This document shows positions 14,206 through 22,995 of a stretch of 52,276 bases of DNA, piece after piece; positions within the stretch are counted from its first letter, which is position 1; every line of letters begins with the position of its first letter. Where the stretch lies: the NCBI GenBank assembly GCA_028712595.1, contig JAQTPS010000003.1:1-52276 (forward strand). Reading direction: 5' to 3'. Position numbers and translations under genes: made by a program. Source of the DNA: Minisyncoccota bacterium. Its GTDB lineage: Bacteria; Patescibacteriota; Minisyncoccia; Phycocordibacterales; UBA1550. Under the pieces are notes generated by a model. The model had not been told where the DNA came from, did no database searches, and saw only the letters and a list, made by a program, of their open reading frames with translations.

Positions 14206-16836
14206 ATGCGTAATTTCCTCACCAAAAGTACCATAATTCTCCTAGGAGTTGTTTTGCTTTTGGGTGGGGCTCTGCCTGTATTCGCGCAGTTGGTCCTAAG
14301 TAGCAGTAACGACCAAGCGCATACTGGCCCTGGCACCTCAACCTTGACTACAAACCCATCGTCAACTTCGGGCGTTTCGCATGCATTTGATGACGCCGCT
14401 CAAGCAAGCGCAATAGAAAGCACTAAGGGGCCTAGGGGGTCAATTTCAAATCAGGATTTTTATGATCCAGGAACCAACGGAGAACCACCCGTAAATACAG
14501 CTAACTCAATAGAAGACCCGGATGACAATGTTGCCCTTCGTGGCTTGGGTACTATGTGTTCTGCCAACATTTTAGCTTACGGTTTGTCTGCGGGGGCACT
14601 AGCTGGTTTAAATGCTACAGACCTTGGTCTTGTTGGGGCTACCGCCGGAACGGTCGCTCCGGGGACCGAGGCGACAATCCTTGGTACTGGAGGTACTACA
14701 GGGATAGGAAACGTTGCGGCGTTGGTTGAGGGAGGAGCTGGAAGTGTTCTTGACGCAGGACTAACCGTTGCTGCTACGGCGGCTAAGTTTGCTTTTGGCA
14801 AAGCTATGTATTTCACATGTGCTCCAATTGCTATTTACTGGCTAGCATACACACCAGCATCTTTTCTTCTTAGTTTAGCGGTAAGACTTTTTGATTTCTC
14901 CATTTCCCTTAGCATGGATAATGGTTACCTCACTATGCCTTTCATTCAGGATATGTGGACAACCATAAGAGATCTCTCTAATATGTTGTTTATTTTTGTC
15001 CTAGTTTACACAGGAATTAGGACAATGCTTGGAGCAGAGGGTGACTGGAAAAGATCCGTGTTTAAAGTGATAATTATTGCCCTTTTGCTTAATTTTAGTC
15101 TCTTCTTCGCGCAAGTAGCAATTGATGCCGGGAATACTTTTGGAACATGGGTATATAGCAGTATGGGAGCAGACCCAACCGGAGCAGGACAGACAAGAAA
15201 TCTGCACGGTGCTTTTGTTAAATCATTCAAGTTGGGGAATTTCGTACCTTCCGACCAAGGACTTAATACAAACTTCTGGTCGGGGTTTGGTGTAGTCAAT
15301 TCTATATTTTTGTTCCTCCTTGTCGCAATATTAAACATCGTTGCTGCGTGGGTATTTTTGCAAATTGCATTCATTTTTATCGGACGATTGCTGGCTTTTT
15401 GGACATTAATGATTTTAGCCCCAGCTGCTTTCGTTGCAAATACTCTTCCAAAGTTTGAAGGATATTTCAGCGAGTGGTTGAATACTCTTGTGAAGCAGGC
15501 TTCCTTGGCTCCACTCTTCATGATTATGCTCTACATAATCATGAAAATTATGGGGCCAGTACAACAACTCATGAAAAGCACGCCTGCCGCGGATGACATG
15601 TCCTTAGCAGGAACAATTGTCATGCCTCTACTTGGAGCAATCACAGTTTTATTTGCACTCACAAAAGCAAAAGACTTTGCAGTAGACTGGGCTGGGGCTT
15701 TTGGAGAAATAGGGAAGAAGATCGGTGGTACAGTAATGGGTCTTGCTGGCAACACGGCACTTGGAGGAGCCGGGTTTGTTGGACGCAGGGTTGTTGGCGG
15801 AGGAGCCGATGCACTACTAAAAACAGGGGCACTTCAAAAGGTTGCATCTAGCCAAAGCAAATTGCTTCAATATAGTGGTATTACGAGTCTTGCAGGAGGA
15901 AGCGTGGCGGCAGCAGACAAGGCTAGAACAGGGAGTTGGGATGCTCGTAATTCGTCATTGATGAACAACCAGTATGTAAAAAGTGGTTTGAAAGAGGCAA
16001 GGGTTGATTTCGGAAAAGCTGGTGGAAGGGGTGGATACATGCAGGAGGAGAAGGACAATATTAAGGAGGCGAAGGACAAAGGAAAATTGCTGGGAGTTAC
16101 AGACAAAGAAAAAGGAGACAAAGAACAAGAAATCAGGGTTGACGTGGAGAAAGAATTGCAAAAAGCAATGAGTAAAAATCTTGAGAGCGAAGAGAAGCTT
16201 AGGGACGCCGACAAGAAACTACTCGAAGCCAGAGAAAAGACAATAGAGGCAGAAAAGAGTCTCTTGAAGAAAGAGAAAGAGGTGGAAGAGCTTAAAGAAA
16301 AAAATTCTAGAGAAGCGCCGGAGCTTGCCAGAAGGCTCAAAGAAGCCCTGGATAAGGGTGATCAGGAAACCATGGAAGAAATAAGTGGATTCTTAAGGGT
16401 CCGGCACGACGACATGATGAAGGGGAATCAAAATCTCGGCGAACTAAGAGGTAATTTTGAGTCTGCAAGGAAAAAAGAAGCGGTTTTTGGGGTCAATAAA
16501 GAAACTCTTTTGAAAGAATCTACCTTAACGCGCGAGAAGCTAGAAAAACTGAGGAGCCCTAAGGCAGTAGAGAATAGGATAAAAGAATGGGTTAATTCTG
16601 AAAACTTGAGACGCCAGGTGATAGCGGCAGGAGCTACAGCTTCAAGGCATTTTATTGTTTCAAGGTCTTCTCGTATAAAATTTATCAGACAGGCAATTAA
16701 AGATAAAACTTCTCAAGAGAAAGACAAGGAAACGGTAGATAAGGCAATGGAAATTTTGGCCCAGCAAGCAGAAAAAAAGAAACGAGAAGAGGAAGCTTCT
16801 CAGGGGACGGCTTCCAGCGGAGACAAGGGCAATTAA
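14206..16836 (+). CDS. Large polytopic membrane protein with a Lys/Glu-rich coiled-coil tail; VirB6/TrbL-like by topology and context
   Basis: Signal peptide, Gly/Ala/Thr-rich region, several TM helices, then a ~300-aa charged C-terminus. It is the first gene of the T4SS-like block. The pyrimidine box TTTCCACCCC lies upstream. Confidence 0.6.
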   Translation: MRNFLTKSTIILLGVVLLLGGALPVFAQLVLSSSNDQAHTGPGTSTLTTNPSSTSGVSHAFDDAAQASAIESTKGPRGSISNQDFYDPGTNGEPPVNTANSIEDPDDNVALRGLGTMCSANILAYGLSAGALAGLNATDLGLVGATAGTVAPGTEATILGTGGTTGIGNVAALVEGGAGSVLDAGLTVAATAAKFAFGKAMYFTCAPIAIYWLAYTPASFLLSLAVRLFDFSISLSMDNGYLTMPFIQDMWTTIRDLSNMLFIFVLVYTGIRTMLGAEGDWKRSVFKVIIIALLLNFSLFFAQVAIDAGNTFGTWVYSSMGADPTGAGQTRNLHGAFVKSFKLGNFVPSDQGLNTNFWSGFGVVNSIFLFLLVAILNIVAAWVFLQIAFIFIGRLLAFWTLMILAPAAFVANTLPKFEGYFSEWLNTLVKQASLAPLFMIMLYIIMKIMGPVQQLMKSTPAADDMSLAGTIVMPLLGAITVLFALTKAKDFAVDWAGAFGEIGKKIGGTVMGLAGNTALGGAGFVGRRVVGGGADALLKTGALQKVASSQSKLLQYSGITSLAGGSVAAADKARTGSWDARNSSLMNNQYVKSGLKEARVDFGKAGGRGGYMQEEKDNIKEAKDKGKLLGVTDKEKGDKEQEIRVDVEKELQKAMSKNLESEEKLRDADKKLLEAREKTIEAEKSLLKKEKEVEELKEKNSREAPELARRLKEALDKGDQETMEEISGFLRVRHDDMMKGNQNLGELRGNFESARKKEAVFGVNKETLLKESTLTREKLEKLRSPKAVENRIKEWVNSENLRRQVIAAGATASRHFIVSRSSRIKFIRQAIKDKTSQEKDKETVDKAMEILAQQAEKKKREEEASQGTASSGDKGN

Positions 16837-16847
16837 AAATATCGAAC

Positions 16848-17594
16848 ATGAATAACTTATCGGAAATTCTTGAAGAACAACTTAAAAAATTACCGTCAAG
16901 AGTAGTCGACTTCCTTGCATCTTCAAATTGGCAGGAGGTTCTCACGAATATTGGGATATCGTCCCGGCTATCCCCTCAAATAGTTGATGCTTTAGAAAAT
17001 GAGGTGGTGCTCGTCCTTGCAGGGCTTGTGCATCCAGACGCATTTCATGGTGAACTCGTAAGCCAAACCAAGATAGATGAAGTGACGTTAAGCGGGGTTG
17101 TTGCAGAAATAGAAGAAAAGATTTTTGAGCCGGTGCGCCCAGAACTTGTAAAGTTCTATGAGGATCAAACTGCTCTAGAAAATTCTAACGAGCAAGAGGG
17201 TGTAGAGGAGCCGAAGCAAGAAGAGCCAATAGAAGTAACGACTCAAAAAGAAGTTGTGCCCACCATTCCATCCCGTGTATGGGAAAAAGTTCCAGAGGTG
17301 GTTCCGCACAATTTGCCAATAGAAGAGGAGGTGCCACCAGCAGAAACTCCACAAATATTCGAGCGAGATATTATTCCGCAGACAATGAAGCCAGGAATGA
17401 ACGCCCAAACATCCAGCCCCTTTGAGGAAAAAATGAAAAAAGTATTCACGGGAAGACCAACACCAATGAATGACCTCGAGCTTGAAGCGCCACAAACTAC
17501 CTCCACAGAGCCAGCGTCTCCTCAAGTTGCAGAGTACCCAGCAGACCCAATGTCTCGGGCTCGCCACGATCCTTACCGCGAACCAATAGAATAA
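16848..17594 (+). CDS. Acidic Glu/Pro-rich protein (248 aa), function unknown
   Basis: Tightly packed within the T4SS-like block, 11 nt after the upstream stop. Confidence 0.75.
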   Translation: MNNLSEILEEQLKKLPSRVVDFLASSNWQEVLTNIGISSRLSPQIVDALENEVVLVLAGLVHPDAFHGELVSQTKIDEVTLSGVVAEIEEKIFEPVRPELVKFYEDQTALENSNEQEGVEEPKQEEPIEVTTQKEVVPTIPSRVWEKVPEVVPHNLPIEEEVPPAETPQIFERDIIPQTMKPGMNAQTSSPFEEKMKKVFTGRPTPMNDLELEAPQTTSTEPASPQVAEYPADPMSRARHDPYREPIE

Positions 17595-17599
17595 AAAAT

Positions 17600-18043
17600 A
17601 TGCAATTCCACGTACCACAATTCATAGACATAGAGGACAAACTTTTTGGCCCTTTCACATTCAAGCAGGGGATTTATGTCGCTGGTGGATTGGGGGCTTC
17701 GTTTGTAATTTATCGCCTTGTTCCATATCTCATTTTTTCCGCACCACTTATAGCCGGTGTCGGCATCCTTACTTGGGCTCTTGCTTTTTATCCAAAAGAG
17801 AAACTTGGTAAGCCATTCATTGAAATTCTGGAAGCCGGATTAAAATATACGCTGAAAGAAAAGCTATATACATGGAAAAAAACAACGAAAGATCCTAAAC
17901 TAGGTAAGGAGAAAGAGTTTGTTTCGGCTCAAGTTCCAGTGATGCCCTCCGTCCCAAGTGGCGCGCTCGCTTCTTATTCTCTTAAGCTTGAGCGTGGGAG
18001 GCCTCAGGTCGGTAATACGAGCGACAATAAAACTACTCTATAA
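17600..18043 (+). CDS. PrgI/VirB3-like small membrane protein
   Basis: The N-terminus VPQFIDIEDKLFGPFTFKQGIYVAGG is followed by two TM helices, the pattern of Gram-positive PrgI-family T4SS proteins. Confidence 0.65.
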   Translation: MQFHVPQFIDIEDKLFGPFTFKQGIYVAGGLGASFVIYRLVPYLIFSAPLIAGVGILTWALAFYPKEKLGKPFIEILEAGLKYTLKEKLYTWKKTTKDPKLGKEKEFVSAQVPVMPSVPSGALASYSLKLERGRPQVGNTSDNKTTL

Positions 18044-18045
18044 TT

Positions 18046-18705
18046 ATGGCTATCAAATCAAAAGCGGCACAAGATTTTGTTCCGATAAAAGAAATCCGAG
18101 ACGGAGTCCTCATTTTGAAGGACGGCACTATGCGTATGGTGCTTATGGTTTCGTCCATAAACCTTGCGCTCAAATCCGGAGACGAGCAACAAGCCGTGCT
18201 TATGCAATTCCAAAATTTTTTGAACTCGCTGGAATTTTCTACTCAAATATTTATTCAGTCCAGACGACTTGATATTCGTCCATATCTCTCGCGGCTAGAA
18301 GAGCGTCTAAAAGAAGAAATGAACGAGCTTTTGAAAATTCAGATTTTTGAATACATTGGTTTCATAAAAGCTGTCACTACTTCGACAAATATTATGAATA
18401 AGCTTTTCTTGGTTGTTGTACCTTATTCACCGCCAAGACCAGTTACTGCAGATGCTCCAAAAACTTCTGGAATTGGGGGCTTTTTCGGTAAAAAAACCGA
18501 AAACGCAGACCCTGTTTTGACACAAAGCGCCATTGATGCTTTCGAAGAGGCGCGTTCGCAATTAGAGCAACGTTCCGGAATTGTGCGACAAGGCCTGTCG
18601 CGCACTGGTGTTCATATTCTCACACTCGGGAACGAAGAGCTTACGGAACTTTTCTATCATCTCTTTAATCCAGGAGAGGAACAGAAGCAAGCTGTGGTAA
18701 AATAG
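18046..18705 (+). CDS. Protein resembling the N-terminal domain of VirB4/TrsE-type ATPases (219 aa, no NTPase motifs)
   Basis: AQDFVPIKEIRDGVLILKDGTMRMVLMVSSINLALKS...QIFIQSRRLDIRPYL resembles the start of Gram-positive VirB4 homologues. Confidence 0.5.
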   Translation: MAIKSKAAQDFVPIKEIRDGVLILKDGTMRMVLMVSSINLALKSGDEQQAVLMQFQNFLNSLEFSTQIFIQSRRLDIRPYLSRLEERLKEEMNELLKIQIFEYIGFIKAVTTSTNIMNKLFLVVVPYSPPRPVTADAPKTSGIGGFFGKKTENADPVLTQSAIDAFEEARSQLEQRSGIVRQGLSRTGVHILTLGNEELTELFYHLFNPGEEQKQAVVK

Positions 18706-18715
18706 AAGCAGTATC

Positions 18716-18776
18716 TACCGCGGGCAGAGCCCGCCACAAGGAGAAACCTCCTTGTGCACGACAGAGTCGTGCGGTA
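18716..18776 (+). ncRNA. Cloverleaf-like structured element in the intergenic region upstream of virB4
   Basis: The closing stem TACCG/CGGTA encloses three hairpins: CGGGC-AGA-GCCCG, CACAAGGAG-AAAC-CTCCTTGTG and CACGAC-AGA-GTCGTG. Confidence 0.4.
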
Positions 18777-18861
18777 TCATACTCTTATATTAGCCTCCTC
18801 GGCTCGAAAATAAAAATGAGTACATTCTTATTTCCCTCGCTCTACGTCGCAAATAAATAAT

Positions 18862-20685
18862 ATGTTTGACTTTTTTAGCAAAAAAACTGACGCATCTATG
18901 GGGAAAAATACGGTCCCTGTGCTTCCTCAAGAACTTTACAGCGACAAAGGTCTAAACCTTGCTGATGTGATTGCTCCCTCCGCTGTCAAAGTAAATGCAA
19001 AGTTCCTAAATATCGGCGAAAAGGTAGTGCGTTCATTTTTTGTCACTTCGTATCCAAGCACACTTTCCGACAACTGGCTGTCACCACTCATTAACCTCGA
19101 CAAAGTTTTTGATATTGCGATATATGTTCACCCCGTCGACACGGCAGCTATAATGAAAAAGTTTGAGCGTAAAGTTGCGGAGGTACAAAGCCAGATTAAC
19201 ACCCGCGAACAAAAAGGATTCGTCCGCGACCCAATGCTCGAAACCGCATACCGCGACCTCGAGGAGCTTCGTGACCGACTCCAGCAAGTTCAAGAAAAAA
19301 TGTTTGATGTTGGACTATATATTTCACTCTATGCAGATTCCGAAGTAGAGCTTTCAAAAGCGGAAGCAGAAATCAAATCAATGCTTGAGTCCCGACTCAT
19401 TTATGTTCGACCCGCCCTCTTTCAACAAGAAGAAGCGTTCCAAAGTATTATTCCAGTCAACCAAGACCAGCTTCTCGTCACAAAGAAAATTAATTCCGAG
19501 CCGTTGTCGAGCTTTTTCCCATTCGTATCGTTTGACCTCACTTCAGATAGGGGAATTCTCTACGGCATCAACCGCCACAACTCATCTCTCATTTTATTTG
19601 ATAGATTTTCTCTTGAAAACTACAACTCTGTCACGTTTGCAAAGTCGGGCTCTGGAAAATCATACGCGACAAAGCTGGAAATTCTCCGCAGTTTGATGTT
19701 CGATGTTGACGTAATCGTGATTGACCCTGAAAGGGAATACGAATCAATGGCATCAGCAGTAGGTGGACGCTATTTCAATATTTCTCTCAACTCCGAGCAC
19801 CACATAAACCCATTTGACCTCCCAATTCCACGAGAAGATGAGTCGTCTGCGGATGTTCTTCGGGCAAACATTATCGCCCTTGTTGGACTTTTCCGAATAA
19901 TGCTAGGAGGTCTCTCGCCAGAAGAAGATGCTCTCGTAGACCGCGCCATTGCCGAAACATATGCGCTCAAAGACATCACGCCGGATTCTGATTTTTCTGC
20001 AATCGAAGCTCCTCTTCTTTCAGATTTCGAAATGGTGCTAGCAGGAATGAAGGGAACTGAAAATATTTTAGTAAAACTTACAAAATACACTCGTGGTTCT
20101 TGGTCAGGATTCATCAACCAGCCGTCCAACGTCGATATCAACCGCAAGTTTATTGTGTTTTCCGTACGCGATATGGAAGACGATTTGAAGCCTGTTGCAA
20201 TGTACCTAGTAACTCACTTTATCTGGAATGCAATACGACGCACACTCCGAAAACGCCTTCTCGTAGTCGATGAGGCATGGTGGATGATGAAGTCCGAAGA
20301 TACGGCAGCTTTCCTTTACTCGCTTGCAAAACGAGGACGCAAGTATTTCCTCGGCATCGCAACAATCACACAAGACGTTGACGACTTTTTGAAATCTCCT
20401 TACGGACGACCTATTATCACCAACTCCTCCATTCAAATTCTTCTCAAGCAATCCCCAACAGCAATCGCAGCGCTTCAAGATGCATTCACGCTGACCGACG
20501 AAGAAAAATATTTACTTCTTGAGTCCGGAGTAGGGGAGGGTATCTTTTTTGCCGGAGTAAAACACGCTGCTATTCGCGTCATTGCTTCATATACTGAAGA
20601 TCAAATTATTACTTCAGACCCATCTCAACTTTTGGCCATCAAAAAAGCAAAACGAGAACTAGTGGATGCAGAAGGAAGGGCGTAA
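18862..20685 (+). CDS. virB4: VirB4/TraC/TrsE-family type IV secretion ATPase
   Basis: Walker A KSGSGKSY, Walker B RLLVVDEAWWMM, and 607 aa with a VirB4-like N-domain. Confidence 0.88.
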   Translation: MFDFFSKKTDASMGKNTVPVLPQELYSDKGLNLADVIAPSAVKVNAKFLNIGEKVVRSFFVTSYPSTLSDNWLSPLINLDKVFDIAIYVHPVDTAAIMKKFERKVAEVQSQINTREQKGFVRDPMLETAYRDLEELRDRLQQVQEKMFDVGLYISLYADSEVELSKAEAEIKSMLESRLIYVRPALFQQEEAFQSIIPVNQDQLLVTKKINSEPLSSFFPFVSFDLTSDRGILYGINRHNSSLILFDRFSLENYNSVTFAKSGSGKSYATKLEILRSLMFDVDVIVIDPEREYESMASAVGGRYFNISLNSEHHINPFDLPIPREDESSADVLRANIIALVGLFRIMLGGLSPEEDALVDRAIAETYALKDITPDSDFSAIEAPLLSDFEMVLAGMKGTENILVKLTKYTRGSWSGFINQPSNVDINRKFIVFSVRDMEDDLKPVAMYLVTHFIWNAIRRTLRKRLLVVDEAWWMMKSEDTAAFLYSLAKRGRKYFLGIATITQDVDDFLKSPYGRPIITNSSIQILLKQSPTAIAALQDAFTLTDEEKYLLLESGVGEGIFFAGVKHAAIRVIASYTEDQIITSDPSQLLAIKKAKRELVDAEGRA

Positions 20686-20743
20686 TATTAGCGTTCTTCG
20701 GTTTTGTCTTTCACATTCTATAATAATGCGATACAATAATCCT

Positions 20744-21760
20744 ATGAAGAAGCTTTGCACTTTTTTGTTCCTCGCTTTTGCAACTATTCCATTTTTTGTC
20801 TTTGCACAGGGGCTTCCCATAGATGCTTCGTCTTCTGGCTCTCTTGTTCTACAGTCAGTTCCTGCGGCTCCACTTCCTAAAGAGATGGTCACTGTTGTTT
20901 TGTCAGGCCCTGGAATCAACCTGCGAGATGCAACCATAACTTGGTCTATTAACGACAAGGTTGTAGGGATGGGTGTTGGCAAGACAACTTTTTCTTTTAA
21001 AAACGGGGGGTCAGAAGAGACGACAGACATTGTAGCTTCAGTTCTTTTAAATACGGGGGAAGTTTTGAGCAAAAAAATTTCGTTTACACCAGCAGGGTTC
21101 AGTCTACTCTGGGAAGCAAGTACTTATACGCCCCCTTTCTACAAAGGAAAGGCGACAATGACGCCAGAGGCAAATATGCGCGTGTTGGTAGTGCCAGACA
21201 ATTCAAGTACTGCTGACAGAATAGATCCGAGCACGCTTATGTACACATGGCGAAAAGATGGAACTACTCTCCCCGACAATTCAGATTACGGTAAAAACTC
21301 TTTTTCATTTACAGCCCCAAAGCTCGGATATCCTGCCGATATTCAAGTTCAATTGGTTTCACCAGACAGTACTATTGATCAAGGATATGGAATTAAACTT
21401 TCGCCCGGAGTTCCTTTTGTGCTTTTGTATGAAGATGTTCCATTGTTGGGGGTTTGGTACAACAATGCCTTTGGAAATACCGTTACGCTTGACAGGAAAG
21501 AGTTCTCGATTAGCGCCGAACCGTATTTTTTCCCAAGCGAGACGGGGCTAACACCTAACGTTACCTATAGTTGGGCTCTTGATGGAAAACTGCTTCAAGA
21601 AGCTAGTCGTTTTATAACATTTCGCAACGAAACTGAAGAAAAAGTAGATTCTAAATTAAACCTATCGGTCCAAAGCAAAAACAAAGGCTCACAAACAGCT
21701 ACTAGATCTCTTGTGATCCGCTCCGCCGACATCCAATCGTCCGGTTCTTTTATGTATTAA
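20744..21760 (+). CDS. Secreted protein (338 aa), function unknown
   Basis: Trimmed to ATG 20744. Signal peptide MKKLCTFLFLAFATIPFFVFAQG. TACAAT lies 6 nt upstream of the ATG. Confidence 0.75.
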   Translation: MKKLCTFLFLAFATIPFFVFAQGLPIDASSSGSLVLQSVPAAPLPKEMVTVVLSGPGINLRDATITWSINDKVVGMGVGKTTFSFKNGGSEETTDIVASVLLNTGEVLSKKISFTPAGFSLLWEASTYTPPFYKGKATMTPEANMRVLVVPDNSSTADRIDPSTLMYTWRKDGTTLPDNSDYGKNSFSFTAPKLGYPADIQVQLVSPDSTIDQGYGIKLSPGVPFVLLYEDVPLLGVWYNNAFGNTVTLDRKEFSISAEPYFFPSETGLTPNVTYSWALDGKLLQEASRFITFRNETEEKVDSKLNLSVQSKNKGSQTATRSLVIRSADIQSSGSFMY

Positions 21761-21775
21761 CATATTTTTTGTATT

Positions 21776-22897
21776 ATGAAATATATTTCCAAAATTTTAG
21801 CAACCTTAGTTCTTGTTTTTTTAATAACACTCATATCACATATTGCTTTTGCTGACCAAACGCCATTATCATACACTCCGCTCACCACGCTTCCGGGAAT
21901 TACCAAAGAGGGGATAGCTTCTAGTGGTGTTCATAACTACCTCTCGGGGGTGTTTGCCTTGGTTATTGCTCTTGCGGGCGCCCTTGCTGTTTTAATTCTT
22001 GTTGTTGGGGGCGTCCAATATGTGGCCTCTGGAATTACGCCAGACCAAAAAGGCCGAGCAAAGGAGCGTATTAAAAATGCCCTTATTGGACTTGCCCTCA
22101 TCTTGGGCTCTTGGTTAATATTAAATTCAATAAACCCCGCTCTTAAGAGCCCTGCCCTTCAAAGCCTTCCTCCGGTTGGTGTAGAAGCGAGCCTGCAGGC
22201 AATTAAAGACCAGCAGGCCATGAACGAGAAAATTCTCAAGGATTTTGCGGATTTTGCTAAGGAGCAGGCGGATTTTGAAGCATCCGCAGGGCAGCAACAG
22301 AACTTCGTTCCAAGTTATACCGAGAGAACAGGACCTGGAGTAGCTGGGTATGTTTCTCCAGTTCCATCTTCCGGCAATTGCCTTACCCAACCTTTTGGGT
22401 ATACGTCTTACGCCCTCGAATCTGGTATTTATCCTAAAAATTTCCACGATGGAATTGATTTTGGTGTAGGGTCAGGAACGGAAATAAAATCAATAGCAAA
22501 TGGAGAAGTTGTGTATACAGGAAATTGTGGAGATAAAACATTTGGAAAATGGGTTTATATTAAACACGACGACCCCCTCGGAACGTCGGCTTTGTATGCC
22601 CACCTCAAAGACAACAGTATCCCTGTGGGAACCAAGGTGGCTGCTGGGCAGAAAATTGCCCTAAGTGGCAACAGTGGTCCACCAGGAATGGGTTCTCATC
22701 TCCACGCGACTCTATTCAACTCTAGTGCTGTTGGGTTTGGTAGTCCTTCGTGTGGACCAAACTTTCCTCGCGCGTCATACCCAAAAACAAACCCAATAAG
22801 CGCGGAGTATACTGGATATTTAGACATGGAAAAATACCTTGGTGGCCCCCTTACTATGTGTATCAACTCACGCACCGGTAGTCCGTTTGCTAGGTAA
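21776..22897 (+). CDS. Fusion of a TrbC/VirB2-like T4SS pilin module with an M23 peptidase domain
   Basis: Signal peptide, then two hydrophobic helices separated by GGVQYVASGITPDQKGRAKERIKNA (VirB2-type layout). C-terminal M23 motifs FHDGIDF and GSHLHATLF. Confidence 0.7.
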   Translation: MKYISKILATLVLVFLITLISHIAFADQTPLSYTPLTTLPGITKEGIASSGVHNYLSGVFALVIALAGALAVLILVVGGVQYVASGITPDQKGRAKERIKNALIGLALILGSWLILNSINPALKSPALQSLPPVGVEASLQAIKDQQAMNEKILKDFADFAKEQADFEASAGQQQNFVPSYTERTGPGVAGYVSPVPSSGNCLTQPFGYTSYALESGIYPKNFHDGIDFGVGSGTEIKSIANGEVVYTGNCGDKTFGKWVYIKHDDPLGTSALYAHLKDNSIPVGTKVAAGQKIALSGNSGPPGMGSHLHATLFNSSAVGFGSPSCGPNFPRASYPKTNPISAEYTGYLDMEKYLGGPLTMCINSRTGSPFAR

Positions 22898-22995
22898 AAT
22901 CGTTGTAGGCATAAAAATTCTGCTACCTGCGCGTTGGTGCTAAGTTCTTTTAGGAAATCTTTGTGCTTAGTGGTGGCTTCCTGTATAATTACACT

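Noticed and set aside
18716-18776. A tRNA gene, because of the cloverleaf shape.
   Set aside because: The loops are 3-4 nt, so there is no 7-nt anticodon loop and no T-loop GTTCRANYC. The arms have the wrong lengths. No tRNA-like T-arm motif was seen anywhere in the window.
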